From assembly GCF_006345805.1 (NCBI RefSeq), contig NC_043003.1, forward strand, positions 3,348,001 through 3,412,000: a stretch of 64,000 bases of DNA. Direction: 5' to 3'. The notes under the pieces were generated by a model. It worked only from the letters and a program-made list of their open reading frames with translations, did no database searches and was not told the DNA's origin. Position numbers and translations under genes: made by a program. Positions 1 through 12,994 of the stretch are shown here, in pieces (positions within the stretch are counted from its first letter, which is position 1; each line of letters begins with the position of its first letter). The stretch comes from Octopus sinensis. Taxonomy: Eukaryota.

Positions 1-18
1 ACATACATATATATATAC

Positions 19-49
<31 letters not shown>

Positions 50-260
50 CATATACATATATACATACCTATATATACATACGCACACATATATGTATGT
101 ATATATGGATATATATGTACATATATATATATATTTATATATACACACATATATATCCATATATACATCTACATATATATATATATATGATGATGATGAT
201 GACATTCACACACACACACGTATGTACACATCATCTATATCTATATATATGTGTGTGTGT
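1..260. repeat. (TA)/(CA)/(TACA) low-complexity microsatellite
   Basis: Direct sequence; the overlapping ORF is only Y/I/H/T repeats. Confidence 0.95.
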
Positions 261-2262
261 GTGTATCATCTGAATGTGTCATTTGTAGGAGGATTACCTG
301 CACTCATTGTCCCCCTTTCCATTCAACGTAGGAGAGAGATCTGCAAACAGCTCAGATAGTAAAGTTCTCCTATTTAGAAGGTGTTTATTTATATATCAGA
401 CTGGAAATAGCAATAAAGGCCATTGCTCGAATAGAGAGAGAGAGAGAGAGAGAGAGAATGGGGAGAGGTGGAGAGATATGGAGGAAGGAGAGAGAGAATG
501 GGGAGAGGTGGAGAGATATGGAGGAGGAAGGAGAGAGAGAACGTGAGCGAGAAGCGAGGGATTGGTGAAGAAACTAAGAAGGCTCACAGTCAATAGAATA
601 CGTATGAACAGAGTGTGTGTGTGTGTGTGATAAGGTGGTCAAACTGGATAAACGAGTGTTGGAGTTAGAGAGTCCAGTATCTGTAGTGTCTGGCTTAAAC
701 TGGTGTTACCTGGGAGATTAGTTCAGGTATGAAGTACCCAGCCTGTGTTACCTGGGAGATCTTAGTTCCGGTATAAAGATCTCATCACCAGGGAGATGGT
801 TCACATGTCTGCTCTCTTGTTGTTGTTTTTTTCTTTTTTTAATCATTTTAGTCACTAGACAACGGTCATGCTGGGGCACTGCCTTGAAAACAAACTGACC
901 TGCATACTTAGATGTATTTTTTTAAGTCTGGTAATAATCCTATTGATCTCTTTTGCCAAACTGCTAAGTTAAGGGAATGTAAACAAACTAACACCAGTTG
1001 ACAAGCAGTGGGGTAGGAGCAAACACAGACACACAAATGGGTTTCCATGGAGCTTCCATTTACCAAATTCACTCACAAGACTTTGCTTGGCCCAGGGCTA
1101 AAGCATGAGACACTTGCCGAAAGTGGGACTGAACCTGCAAACAGGCAGTTTCAAAGCCATTTTACTAACACCACAGTTTTCACTTCTTCAACTACAACAC
1201 ATTCAACAAATCACTGAATTTCCTTCCCTAAAGTCAGAGATTCCAATATGACTCTTGCCTTCATTCTTTTACTCTTGTCCTTGTTTCAGTCCTTTGACTG
1301 TGGCCATGCTGGGGCACCACACTGAAGAATTCTAGTCAAACAAATTGAGCCCCTAATACTTATGTTCTTTTTAAACCCTGATATTTATTCCATTGGTTTC
1401 TCTTGCCGACCTGCTAAGTTACAGGGACATAAACACACCAACACACACACATATATGTGTACATGACAGGCTTCTTTCAGTTTCCGTCCACCAAATTCAC
1501 TCACAAGGGTTTTGGTCGAGTGCCACACAGTGGAACTGAACCTAGAACAAAGTGGTTGACAAACACACTTCTCACCAAGGGCGTACAAATGAGACGAAAC
1601 CCTTACACATCATCACAATCATCAACATCACTACTGTTGACTGGACATAGTTGCTGGAAATAGCAGCCAAATTTTAAAAAATAACATCCTACTGTCTTAA
1701 ACCAAGAAACCCAAGATAACATAGCTGTAAATCAACCTAAAGTGATGGGATGGTCATGGCTGGAATATCTGATCCCGGATATGTTTGACATAGTATTTAG
1801 ATAAGGTGGTGGCAGTGATAGTGGAGGTGAGTCAGTGCAAATAACATACAGTGTATATTTGGGAAAGTGTGGTAGTAATAGTCATAGAGGACATTAGACA
1901 TATAGGTAGACACACAGACACATCATCATCATCATCATCGTCATCAGTTAATGTTCATTTTTCCTTGCTGGCATGGGTTGGACAGAATTTGTTGAGGCTG
2001 ATTTTCTATGGCTGGATGTCCTTCCTGTCACCAACCTTCACCAAGCAAGGCAATATTTCCCCGTGCTTAGACACTTTTCACTGGAAGACTGCAAACGACC
2101 AACACTGCCTGTATGGCAGTGGTGCTCGTTTACAACCATCACATGATGCCAACACTTGGATACACACACACACACAATGTAATCTAGACACATTTCTTTT
2201 CTCTCTTTGTTTCCTCTTCTCATTCCTCTCTGAAGAAGAGCATTATTTCCCTTCATCAGCAA

Positions 2263-2530
2263 AGTTATTCTGTGCTGATGAAGGGAAATAGCCCAGAAAT
2301 CACAATACACAGATATTGTTTTGAGCTGAGTGGGGGTGCTAGATTCCCTTGTTCGAAAATATAAGGACACAGATCTTGTTGTATAGCCAGCTGGAGACGA
2401 TGTCTCCTGGTGCTAAATTACAGCAACATTCGTCCTAAACCAGGACTGCCATGTTATGTTGACAAACAATCTTTACTCCAAAGTACTGTTGCTGAATATC
2501 TCACGCCGTGAGATTAGAAAATAGTAATTT
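2263..2530 (+). mobile_element. Short hammerhead-bearing repeat (family A), probably PLE-derived
   Basis: Homologous copies at 39136-39345 (-) and 44075-44320, and a diverged relative at about 16560-16805. Carries a hammerhead core at its 5' end. Confidence 0.7.
2269..2313 (+). ncRNA. Minimal type-I hammerhead ribozyme motif (family A)
   Basis: UCUGUG-CUGAUGA-A-GGG(AAAUAG)CCC-A-GAAA-UCACAA-UA|CACAGA: 6-bp stem I, 3-bp stem II, intact core, AUA cleavage triplet. Confidence 0.75.
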
Positions 2531-2542
2531 TCTAAAAATGCT

Positions 2543-2909
2543 GTAGACGAACTTGACCAAATGGCAAGGCTTTATCCAGCCAAAGGAAAGCAGTAGACAA
2601 TGGCCAACACGCATTTTTAAAAATAATATTTTGGACGTTATAAACAGCTGCACAGTATACACAAGAGTTTTCATTTCAGTCCTTCGTTGACAGGAATATA
2701 TTCAAAAAGTTGCTGAAGAACTTTGTGCTGCTTCATCTCATGGTCACTCATGGGATAATTAAATGCCCATCTACCTCTAGAAATAGCGTTAGACATACAT
2801 GTGTGAAAACAAAATGCCAAAACAGAACCACAGAAATGTGTGGAGTCTGTAAAAAACCGGAGGCAAATGTGCACTAAAACATCGCAAGGAATGTCTGGAA
2901 TTACAATAA
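2543..2909 (+). mobile_element. Degraded piggyBac transposase C-terminus
   Basis: Translation across frameshifts gives VDELDQMARLY..SRQWPTRIF..NILD.VINS.TVY, then a Cys-rich tail CVKTKCQNRTTEMCGVCKK..GKCALKHRKECLELQ*. This matches the piggyBac VD.LDQM/RRWP..FYNILD motifs and the C-terminal Cys-rich domain. Confidence 0.75.
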
Positions 2910-3767
2910 ATTCCTTTTTGTTTTGTAAGGATTTCTTTCAAAATATCAAACCATTGTGACTAATAGCATCATGAAGTCATAGAATAAAGGCCTTCTACCT
3001 CTCTCCTTTTCTTTCATTTTCCTTTCAAATTGAAAAACATCTTTGCATCAATTGACGCATTCTGGTCCTTAAAGGTGGGTGAAAAGCCTTCTAGTGTTAA
3101 GTTTCTATCAAATCCATTCATAAGGCTTTGCTCAACCTGGGGCTATAGTAGAAGACACTTGCCCAAGGTGCCACACAGTGGGACTGAACCCAGAACCATG
3201 TGGTTGGGAAGCAAGCTACTTATCACACAGCCACTCCTGCGTCTATGGTCATTTTAAAAAAAGAAATCACAACACTTGGATTTCATTCATCAAAAAACAT
3301 CTCCACTCATTTTCTAAGATATGGTTATATGCTTACACTGTGCTTCACTGATGAGGTTTAATAAGACTGAAATATGCATAAAGTTATCCTTAAACCCACC
3401 CACTCCCCTCACTACATTCATTCTGAACTAATTTTTTTATCATTTTAAATTACGGGATTGTCCACTCTACCTCTCTTGATTCAGTGTATTGATCTTTAGT
3501 GATTGATTAGCCGAGTTATATGTATTACGGGCAGTAAAACACCTTTGGAATCTTATTTTCCATTTTGGCATAAAACATGTCAGTTAATGGCAAATATAAG
3601 AAGGAGAAGGCGGATGAAAGTTGGTGTTCTTTATGGTGAGGCTCTCATTTAAATATATTTATGTCATGTCTGGTGATAGGGTCAGGGATAGGGAACAGAA
3701 TAAAGGGGCCACATCCAAAAACAAAATAAAATATTGACCAAAGAAAAGAAAAAAAATGAGTTCTTAC

Positions 3768-3955
3768 TTCGACAAATACATAGCCAGAGAGAAACATCAT
3801 AAATATATTGTAGACGACTAAAATTTTCCTTATTTCAAATGGCTTCCGTTTGGTCATTATACCAATTCCAAACTTAACAGAAGAAACATAGAAGACACAC
3901 AAGAATAATGCGGGCCAAGGGGTTGCCATCATGAACCAGTCAGCAACTCTTGGAT
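3768..3955 (-). CDS. ELOVL: Internal coding exon of an ELOVL (very-long-chain fatty acid elongase), most similar in style to the ELOVL1/7-like group; paralog not resolved
   Basis: Polypyrimidine-TTCCAG acceptor (AG at 3957-3956) and GTAAGA donor (GT at 3767-3766). 188 bp, phase 1 to 0, encoding (D)PRVADWFMMATPWPALFLCVFYVSSVKFGIGIMTKRKPFEIRKILVVYNIFMMFLSGYVFVE. The DPRV.DW.MM..P.P and RKPF....L..YN motifs and the G|AT intron position are typical of ELOVL coding exon 2. Confidence 0.93.
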
Positions 3956-4970
3956 CTGGAAAAAAGAAAAACAACATAAGTCTTTTTTTGACACAGAAAA
4001 TTCCTGAAACAATAATTAGAGATGGGAAGAAGGTGATTACTCTTGATTAAAGGAATAATATACCTGTCAACAACTGGTACCTATTTTATTGAGACCCCTA
4101 CATCATACACGTCCCCCACTTCATTGAACCCTTTCCCTCAGGTAAATTCTTAGTTGAAACAAAGTTAAAGTTTACTATGGTGTGTTTTAATAAACATTAG
4201 TATTACATGGCATTAATTAGTAAATATTCCATTTGTTCATTTTAAATTTCTATGCAAGCATCGGTTGGACAGACAAATTTAAGGCAGTATTTTATGGTCA
4301 GTTGACCTTCCAGTTACTTACAAGGAAGGAAGGATTTTTAAAAAAAAGTTCTATTGATGTTCAAAATTACTCTTACAAGATGTCTTGTAGAAAAAAAATG
4401 TAGACATGACATCACTTCTTCAGACAGTGTTACATGAAGACATGGACTGTCAATACACACACACAACCATCAAGCCTCCACACAGTTTCTACCTATCAAT
4501 TATCCATTCCTAAGGCAGTGTTCAACCCAAGCCACTCACCCAAGATGTCACAGAGTGGAAAAGAGCCCAAAGCCATGCTGTTGTGAAATTAACTCTGTAT
4601 CTACTCTGCTATGCACACACACACACACACAATGAACTTCTGTACAGTTTCCATCTACCAAACTCCAGCAACAAGACATAAAGTGAACCTAAGGCTTTGG
4701 CTTTGGTAGGCGACACCTACCCAAGGTACTGCATAGCAGGATCAAATCTAGAACCACGCGGTTGCAAATCAAATGTCTTAACCAAACAGCAATGCCAATA
4801 AATAAAGTATTTTTACGTCAGAATAACGATGCCAATAATTTGAGCCAACTTTTTACTTTTTATTTTCAACATCAATTTTAGCTGGAAATATAAACTCATT
4901 AGTTTAAAAGCTGTTCAATATTTCTGTCACACTTCATCAACATCCTTGTTATTTACAATGTCCTCCTCAC

Positions 4971-4998
4971 CGTCTCCGACATATATTAGTATCTCCAT
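4971..4998 (-). CDS. Weak candidate for the ELOVL first coding exon (MEILIYVGD+G)
   Basis: ATG at 4998, phase-1 donor CG|GTGAGG at 4970 compatible with the AT start of the 188-bp exon, and upstream CTTCAG acceptors. The peptide does not resemble typical ELOVL N-termini. Confidence 0.2.
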
Positions 4999-6199
4999 TA
5001 AGAACTGAAGTATCTAAATTAAGAACTGAAGAAAATAGAGAACAATGAACATATTGAAGTAACAAACCATCATTAGCCACATGTTACTTCAATTATGGAG
5101 AAATGGCATGACAAGGGTTCATTACAGCAAAAAGTGAATACATGCTGGTCTTGTTTGAACAATTACTTCAGAAATACAGACATTCTTTTCTTTAAACATC
5201 AGTGTAATAGAGCATTGACAGTAAGATCATAAAGTTTTCCTTTGGAGCAAAAGTGAGCTTTATAGTGTTACCAGACATTTTAATGTGTTCAGTGGAGCAA
5301 TATTAACAGCAATTTATTGAAAGAGTAGAAAACTTTTAAACAGACAAGATGTTGAATTTTTATTTCTACAACAGTAGGGCAATAAACTCGTTAACAATAT
5401 TGGGAGACTGACCTAATTTTATTATAGATCTTGTATGATGAACACTTAGGGTTGAGTGCGATAAGTCTGAAACACACAGACACACACACCCACACAGACA
5501 CACATGTTGACATAGGAATGAAATTGTACTGAAAAACAGCAACTGTCTTTATTAAAGATGGTACATAAAAAATGGGTTGATTTGTATGGAAAAAACTTTA
5601 CTAAAATCTGTGAATAAAATGTTTATTAATGCCAGACTATCCAGAAAAGAAACAGAAAAGAAATAGACTCCATGTATTGACAGAGTGTAGTGGGTGCTTT
5701 TTTTACAGGCTGGTGTCATGTAAAAAGCATACAGTACACTTTGTAAAGTGGTTGGCGTTTGGAAGGGCATGCAGCTCTCTGGTTTACCAGTTCCTGTCAA
5801 ACCAGCCAACTCAAAAATTTTATGACAAGTTGCAGACGCTTTCTGAGAAAACACCCTTAAAAACTGCACTCCAAAAAGACTGCAGACTCTCCGTTTGATG
5901 TTTTCATAATAGATCTAAAGACTTTTAGAGTTTAACAAATATTTAAAGATCGTGTCAGGTAGAGATATGTCTAACAATAAAACTATGTAACAAGATCTGA
6001 AACATTAGATAAGTAAATAAGATGAAACCTGTGATAATGGACAGATATATAAAAGCAACATTTTCAATTTATTATTTACTTTATTTTTTTCTTTTGACTT
6101 ATTTCAGAAAATTTTCTAGAAGACAGCTTAAGCAATAAACAGTATCTTCTTAAATGTTTGACAAATTTCAGCAGCTCCATATCTATGGAAATATATTGT

Positions 6200-6450
6200 T
6201 TTTTACCATGCTGGTGGCATGTAAAAAGCACCAATCGATCGTGGCTGTTGCCAGCCTCCCCTGGCACCTGTGCCGGTGGCATGTAAAAAGCACCCACTAC
6301 ACTCACGGAGTGGTTGGCGTTAGGAAAGGCATCCAGCTGTAGAAACACTGCCAGATCAGACTGGAGCCTGATGCAGCCTCCTGGCTTCCCAGACCCCGGT
6401 CGAACCGTCCAACCCATGCCAGCATGGAAAACGGGTGTTAAACGATGATG
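6200..6450 (+). mobile_element. 5'-truncated RTE LINE 3'UTR copy; further copies at about 9125-9420(-), 18225-18480(+), 30500-30685(+), 41890-42080(-), 45300-45585(-), 48020-48170(-), 51641-52027(+), 53038-53325(-), 59900-60110(-), 60990-61190(-)
   Basis: Shared ...GGAAGGGCATCCAGCTGTAGAAAC...CCATGC(T/C)AGCATGGAAAGCGGACGTTAAACGATGATG end. The same sequence follows RTE ORF ends at 29420-30330 and 37905-38590. Confidence 0.8.
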
Positions 6451-6543
6451 AACACTTGTGTGCAGAGGGAGAGAGAGAGTTTCGTTACAACCCAGTGAAT
6501 CTCTTCCTTTAACTATTCCCAACACAGTTATTACAAACATCTA

Positions 6544-6760
6544 ACCCTTTTGCATTTAAACCAGTCCAAATATTGTATTTGTTTTATGTTCAAACCAGCC
6601 AGGTCCAACCTCTCACACCTATCCTGCAATGTCATTCTAAATATAAACAATTAGAATGTTGAAATCTTGAAATTCTGAGACAATGCCTGATTAACTGCAA
6701 CACAAAGGGAATAAATAAAATAATTACGTCTGATATAGCAATCTGAATGTGAAAGGCTTC
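6544..6760. mobile_element. Degraded piggyBac-type MITE (related copy at about 28875-29042)
   Basis: (T)TAACCCTTT(T)GCATT start, TCTGAATG..AAAGG end, and shared internal TCTCACACCTA.CCTGCAATGTCAT in both copies. Confidence 0.55.
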
Positions 6761-7039
6761 ATGTTGCACTCTCACACAACATCGCACTCCTTACAATCAC
6801 ATGCAGCCATCATCTTCCTACATATATATATACACACACGATGGGCTTCTTTCAGTTTCCGTCTACCAAATCCACTCACAAGGCTTTGGTCGGCCCGAGG
6901 CTATAGTAGAAGACACTTGCCCAAGGTGCCACGCAGTGGGACTGAACCCGGAACCATGTGGTTGGTAAGCAAGCTACTTACCACACAGCCATGCCTGCGC
7001 CTATACTGAATAAACACTCGCAGACAAATTGCATCTTTA

Positions 7040-7485
7040 ATTTCAAGATAATTGTTGCATTTGGCAGATTACCTTTAACCTGCACAGGTATTCCAACTTG
7101 GATGATCGAGGAGTAAATGTTAGGAAAGATGGGGTTACAGAGGTCTGCACTTGTCTGAAATGATTGGGGAAAAGTAGTTTCTGCAGGGTTTTAGGAGGGA
7201 AATACTTGTAGGGGTGATGAGAGAAGCGTGAGTTGACCAGTAGTAAATGTTATTAGCTACCTTAATGAAGCTGAGGTCATTTTAATAGCATCAGAAGAAA
7301 GAGGTAGCAGAGACGGCATGTCTGCGATCTGGGAGGCTGTGGTGTGCTGATGAATGAGGCATTGCCAATCAACCAAATAACCTTGGGTGGCAGGAAGAAG
7401 CAGATTGGGACTGCGGTATTTGTTATGCTTGAGGAAGAAGCCTAGTTTTTCTGGTACAGTTTTACCAATGTAATAATATGTGAGA
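7040..7485 (-). mobile_element. Ancient CR1/L2-group LINE 3' ORF remnant
   Basis: Fragments KLGFF..NKY.SPNLL and DRRHAVSATSFF resemble the KLGFL..ARKYF / HRR.V..LSLFY C-terminal motifs. Confidence 0.5.
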
Positions 7486-7494
7486 CTGTCATAA

Positions 7495-7730
7495 CAAAAT
7501 ATTTATTGCTTTATTGCCCACAGGGGGCTAAACATAGAGGGGAAAAACAAGGAAAAAGGGTTTCAGTCGATTACATCGACCCCTGTGTGTAACTGGTACT
7601 TATTTAATCGACCTCGAAAGGATGTAAGTCAAAGTCAACCTCGGCGGAATTTGAACTCAGAAGGTAACGCTAGATGAAATACTGCTAGGTATTTCACCTG
7701 GCGTGCTAATGATTCTGCCAGCTCACCGCC
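7495..7730 (-). mobile_element. tRNA-derived SINE family 2 (Meta-domain-like centre)
   Basis: Same element as 15236-15469; 9-bp TSD CTGTCATAA at 7486-7494 and 7731-7739. Confidence 0.85.
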
Positions 7731-7999
7731 CTGTCATAAGGAAGATATTAGAGGTTGAGAGGAGTCACATTTGTAACACTTTTAATTGTCAGAGTTATTT
7801 ATCCCAGCACTTTTTCACTCACTCTATTTCATACATTCCCATTACTTTCACTTCCTCAAATGGCCTTCTTTTATGTATCTGTCTGCATTCATAGAGAGAA
7901 TTATCATCGCCACCACCAACACACAATCATGACTGATTCATTAAAAACGGAGATTGTGTCTTTTGTGTTTTTAAAGAATGTGAAGCTGTTGTGGCCACA

Positions 8000-9110
8000 C
8001 TGAAGGATGTTTTTGATGTTCCTATTCAATGGAAGTAATGCAAATCTGGTGTGGTATGTGAATGGTTAAAAGAATGACAGTTGGTATCACCTGTAGAGGA
8101 TTGTGGGTAGCAAATGCTCCTTGTAGAACTACCAGGAATTGTGGATAAGGGTATTAAGTTGGGAGAAATCCTCTTAACAAGGGAGCAGACATCTCTGCTG
8201 CAGTTTATGATCCAAGGCAGTTTACAGGGCTTGTACGGTACACACAGCACATCCTTCATTTTCATCTTGTTTGCACTGTAATGGTAAATTAATTCCATGG
8301 TTAACGAGTCAGCAACTTTCACGAGGATTTGAATCAGCTGAGGGTTTGTGGATTGTAGGCTTTGGTTGTCATGGAGACGAGGAATGACATAACCAAGAGA
8401 AGGATATTGATCATCCACTTAGCTACCTTGATTAGTGGTCAGGTGATCCAACGAGAGAAGAGACTGTGATGGCCAGCAGCAGCAGTTGTTGTATAGCCCC
8501 AGGCTAGCCCAGAAGGAGTGGAACTATGATTAAAGATATTCCAACTGTGACCATTCTGTGTGGGTAGAGAAATAGGTTATGATGTTTGCCTTTATAAAGT
8601 CCATTCCCAGCCACTGTCAATTAGGGTGACCGTGTATTTGCCATTTTTAGCTCAGGCCTGGGTAAGGTGTTTTTGTGGAAAAGACCAGCAGTCGATGATG
8701 GATGCAAATTTTCTCGTCTCCATGCCACCAGCGTGGCCCAAAGGAAAGGTTCTTCTTCAAGACTGAAACACAGGTGTCACAGGTGTTGCTGTCAGAATGC
8801 TATTTCTTGCAGTTCCTTCACTGGCCCTTGCCAAGAGGTCAAATGTGGATATTAAGTGTGTTGGCCCCAATAAGGATAGCGATGGGTACATGTAGGAATA
8901 GGTACAAGGGGATTCAAGTGGGTAGGGATACTAATTGCTCCAGAGAATTAAGGATGGTTGAAAATTCATGAGGAAAGGGCTTAAGAATCAAGAGGGGTTG
9001 TGAATATTGAAGTTAGTGATGAAGGTGGATTTGGTAAGCATTTTGCTTGGCATGCGAACGGTTTTGCCAGTCTGCTGCCTTTTGTTAATTCCATAACTAA
9101 AATAATAATA
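8000..9110 (-). mobile_element. Highly degraded CR1-like LINE fragments (endonuclease-like and 3' portions)
   Basis: FITNFNIHNP (GDFN.H-like) near 9010-9040 and RDVCSL-like (RR.V.SL) near 8180-8200; many stops. Confidence 0.35.
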
Positions 9111-10389
9111 TTCCATGAAATTCATCATCGTTTAACATCCGTTTTCCATGGTGGCATGGGTTGGACGGTTCGACCGGGGTCTGGGAAGCCAGGAGGCTGC
9201 ACCAGGCTCCAATCTCATCTGGCAGTGTTTCTACAGCTGGATGCCCTTCCTAATGCTAACCACTCCGTGAGTGTAGTGGGTGCTTTTTACGTGCCACTGG
9301 CACAGGTGCCAGGGGAGGCTGGCAACGGCCATGATCGGTTGGTGCTTTTTACGTGCCACCGGCACAGAAGCCAGTCAAGGTGGCGCTGGCATTGGTCACA
9401 TACAGATGGTGCTTTTTAGGTGCCAACAAAATTTCATTAAATTCCTGTTTCTCTCTTGATATAAAATAAAGTGCTGTCGTTGCATGTTAAAACACAACTG
9501 AATAATGAAGAAGAGGCTTGCGATAAGAGAGCTGTTATCATCGGCTGAGACGAGAGCGATGGAGGTGGGATGGCTCTCCTTTTAAGAGGTTTTATGGGAT
9601 AACAAATCAGTAGAGCATCAAATGATATACCTTGTGGCATTTAGTTGAATCCTTTTTATATTCTGAGTTCAATTCATACCTAGGGCCACCTTGACTTCCA
9701 TGGTCAATAAAATAAATTGTAACCGACAATACTTTAGAAAGTGGTGTTCCAGCATGGCCACAGGTCAATAACAGAAACCAGTAAAATATTACTACAGCTA
9801 CATATATGAAGTCAGTCTGTCTGTTAGAAGTAGCCACCAAATCCCTCTTCAAGCATACACTGCCATCTTTAAAACAAGATGGTTATGGTTAGAGTGCTTA
9901 GTAGGGCAAATGTCAGAGTCTAAACAATACCAAAATACAGTTTTATAGATCTATTTGACTGCTTGATTATTTTGGTTTGAGTTCTTGTAAAATCTCAGAA
10001 TTTATGGTCTCTCGATAACAGCAGCTTCCAATCTACCTAAACATCACACAAGTTACTGCAGTATTTGTCCAAAGATAACATCTCTTATAGACTTGCTGTA
10101 TTTAAAAGCAATACGAGGGGGGGGATGCGAAGACGAAAACTCATCTCTGCAGAAGATAGCAAGAATACCAAATACATTTGGCTTTGCAGGGTTTTTTTTA
10201 TTTATTATCAATAATGTTTACTCATAGCTACATGCCTGGATGAAATCTAGCCATGCCAACATATCAGAAACTGTGAATAAAACAATCACTGGTGTTGTAA
10301 ATAACTGCTCAGCTGAATAAAAATCTGGTACAGCAATTGAAGCAGTATTAAATTAATATTAAACTATTATTATAATTATTATTATTATC

Positions 10390-10412
<23 letters not shown>

Positions 10413-10420
<8 letters not shown>

Positions 10421-10495
10421 TCAATGTCTTGTATCAAACTCAGAATCTTGGGGTTAGTAGCCTGCGCTCGTAACCACTACGCCATATGCCCGTGA
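10413..10495 (-). other. tRNA-like module (A-box TGGCGTAGTGG at 10484-10474, anticodon-like arm, decayed B-box) in the 3' region of a PLE
   Basis: The same module at 49385-49460 has an intact B-box GTTCGATTCC (49439-49448). The T-arm does not pair well, so it is not a functional tRNA. Confidence 0.65.
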
Positions 10496-10521
10496 GCAAT
10501 TAAGTGGTGAATATTTATGGC

Positions 10522-10710
10522 TTATAAATCTAATATTCTCCTATCCTTCCTTAATACCGATTCCCATATGCTGCTCATATCTGCACTCGGTCTGCTTAGG
10601 AGGTTGTTGTGTCCTAGCACATGTGCTGCTTCTTTGAGTTTTCGTATTTTCCAGTGGTGTCCTTTGTCTATTATTTTAACTTCATCCCACAGGGGGGGGT
10701 CTCCATTTTT
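10522..10710 (-). mobile_element. C-terminus of a Penelope-like element GIY-YIG endonuclease ORF
   Basis: Open frame NGDPPLWDEVKIIDKGHHWKIRKLKEAAHVLGHNNLLSRPSADMSSIWESVLRKDRRILDL* matches the PLE H..W..VKILD.E..W..RK.KE..H pattern. Confidence 0.75.
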
Positions 10711-12438
10711 AAACTATAATAATTTTAAACTAATAATGATATTCCACAAAATTTTATGATAAGATTTCAATGAATTACAGATTCTAACTTGATATAATTT
10801 TTAAAAAATGCTGTCATTGCATGTTAAAACACAACCAAATAATGTAGAGGAGGCTTGAGATAAGAGAGGTGTCATCATCAATTGAGTCTAGAAAGGTGGA
10901 GGTAGGATAGCTCTCCTTCTAAGAGGTTTCAGGAGATAAAGAGAGATAAAAATGATGGGACTAAAGTTCAATGGCTCATTACAATGATAAAAGATTGAAG
11001 ATTAAAAGGAAAAATTTTATAATTTGTGAACATGAAGCAAAGCATGGATGTGGGTGACTACCTCTTTGGAGTTAAGTTATCAAATGAGGTGTGGTGAGAG
11101 CTATCAAAGGGAGGAGAAAAAGAGATTATCAATTTTAGAAGAGCTGTTGTCTTTATAGTAATTTACATGACCGAACCTGTTGAAAAATTTGGAGGGCAGT
11201 ACTTAATGAAATCAGATCAAATCTAGCTTGTTGTTGAGATTTCCATTTTTGTTTTGTCGAGTAAAGGATCCATAAAGTATAAGGGACTAAAAAAACTACA
11301 GCAATTACATTTATTACAATCCATACTTTACACCCGTTTCGGTCATGGTAATAGACACATCACAATGACAGATGTGACTCTACTCCTATCATCAATCATG
11401 ACACCACCACCACCACCCTAGATCATAATTTTGACAAGAAGGAGCCTCAATTCTTATCCACTCAGGGCCCTCTTACCAGACGATCACTTTCAGCTCTCAA
11501 TGTCACAGACAGCATCCAGCAAGCAGCTGTAAAAATATGTTGGTCATCTGTGCTAGGTCAGCACGGAGTGACTTCATGAATGCAGTTGATGTTGACGACC
11601 AACTGCGGTACTGGAAGTGTAGCAGTCATTAAGAGACTTGCCCAAGCTAAGGAGGACCCAAGTTTTACAGACATGAAAAATAATTGTTATGATTAGTTGT
11701 TATTAAGATTCTCTTCTAAAGTTGTCCGAAAAAGGATGGAAGTTCAGATATTTCTTATGCCATTGAGTACAGACCAGACCTACATCTTGATGTCCACCTT
11801 TGAGGCTATCAACAATAACAAAGAATTTGAATTCAGAAATTATCTTAAGCAAGGTGTCCTAGTTAACAGTTTTGAGCAGTTTCTGGTCTGTTAGATTGAA
11901 GGGAATGTATTTAGTTTTATTTTGGCAGAGACTGGAACCATAATCTGTTGCAGCAATGGATAAGTCTGAATATTAAAGTCTGTGAACTCCAGTTGATTTG
12001 AAGTCCTTTGTTCAGTGGAATATCCAAGTGTAACTTTTAACAATTGGATCTTGTTCCACACATGCAAGACATTTTGTAACTGTTCAGCTCTGCTACACAC
12101 ATATGTGGGCCACCTAACAGGTGTTTTGACATCATTAAAGTTTCTTTGTTCATAATGTAGAATATAGTCACAGGTAAGAAGTGTCAAAAGACACATAGAC
12201 AATAGGTACATATAAAAAGTGCTCAGACCAAACCAAGAGATTAAACACTGAGGTTTATATATATATATAAAAAATTAATTTTTTCTTGAGAACACATTCT
12301 CCATGGAAAATGGCAATTCTGACTATATCTAGCATACAGGCTGTCCATTTTTAGTGGTCAATCCTCTAAATTTTGTGTATATATATATATATATATATAT
12401 ATTAACACTTTCTTTTACTGAACCCACAAGAGAATCTG

Positions 12439-12481
<43 letters not shown>

Positions 12482-12958
12482 TGTGTGTATGTATATATGT
12501 ATGCTTATAATACAGACTACAAGTATAATCCATAACAGTATGCATATCTATATCCTGTTCTTAGAGAAAAGGGGTTTATGAAATTACTTAAACCTAGTCG
12601 TTATCAAAGGTTGGTTCTTAGAACTAGAAATCACTGGTATTAATGGAGGAACTTATGGCCATCTTGTCCATTTGCCAGACTGGACATTTCGGTAAGAAGT
12701 GAGCTACACAAAATGTGAAGAATATTTCCATTAGTTCACGAAGAATGCTTTTTCCCCAGAATAATTCACAAAACAAAGAACTCCGCTTGCTGGAATCATT
12801 AAGACAATAATCCCACGGACTCAGACGAGCTTTGTATGTGGGGCACAAGGGATTTTTGTCAACTTCATAAAGTGTTTAAGGGTTCTTTTATGAAGAAAAG
12901 TTTTGTATAAGAGAGCGAGATGTCTTTTTTTTTCTGTTGTAATGGGGAGGGATACCTC

Positions 12959-12994
<36 letters not shown>

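Noticed and set aside
3348-3385. CUGAUGA-GGUUU(AAUA)AGACU-GAAA-UAUGCA-UA hammerhead-like string
   Set aside because: Core and stem II are plausible but stem I does not pair; at best a decayed copy, so not counted.
6076-6540. Recurrent ORFs such as GMGWTVRPGSGKPGGC...[15 protein letters not shown] and WSARGYSRRHLPKVP
   Set aside because: Chance open frames in the RTE 3'UTR and SINE family 1; the same peptides recur wherever the repeats occur.
10413-10495. tRNA gene
   Set aside because: Acceptor and T stems do not pair properly, the anticodon loop reads ACT, and it is embedded in a multi-copy repeat; reported only as tRNA-like.
11315-11375. Minus-strand GUC..GAC-C-GAAA-CGGGUG-UA motif
   Set aside because: The core reads GUGAUGU (two mismatches) and there is no stem I.
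11477-11526. 50-bp minus-strand segment with good acceptor and GTAAGA donor
   Set aside because: The phase-1 frame needed for ELOVL contains stops; it could be a UTR exon but there is no support.
11697-12211. Coding-looking ORFs (FRNYLKQGVLVNSFEQF etc.)
   Set aside because: No family recognised and interrupted by stops; possibly an old transposon fragment, but I cannot support a call.
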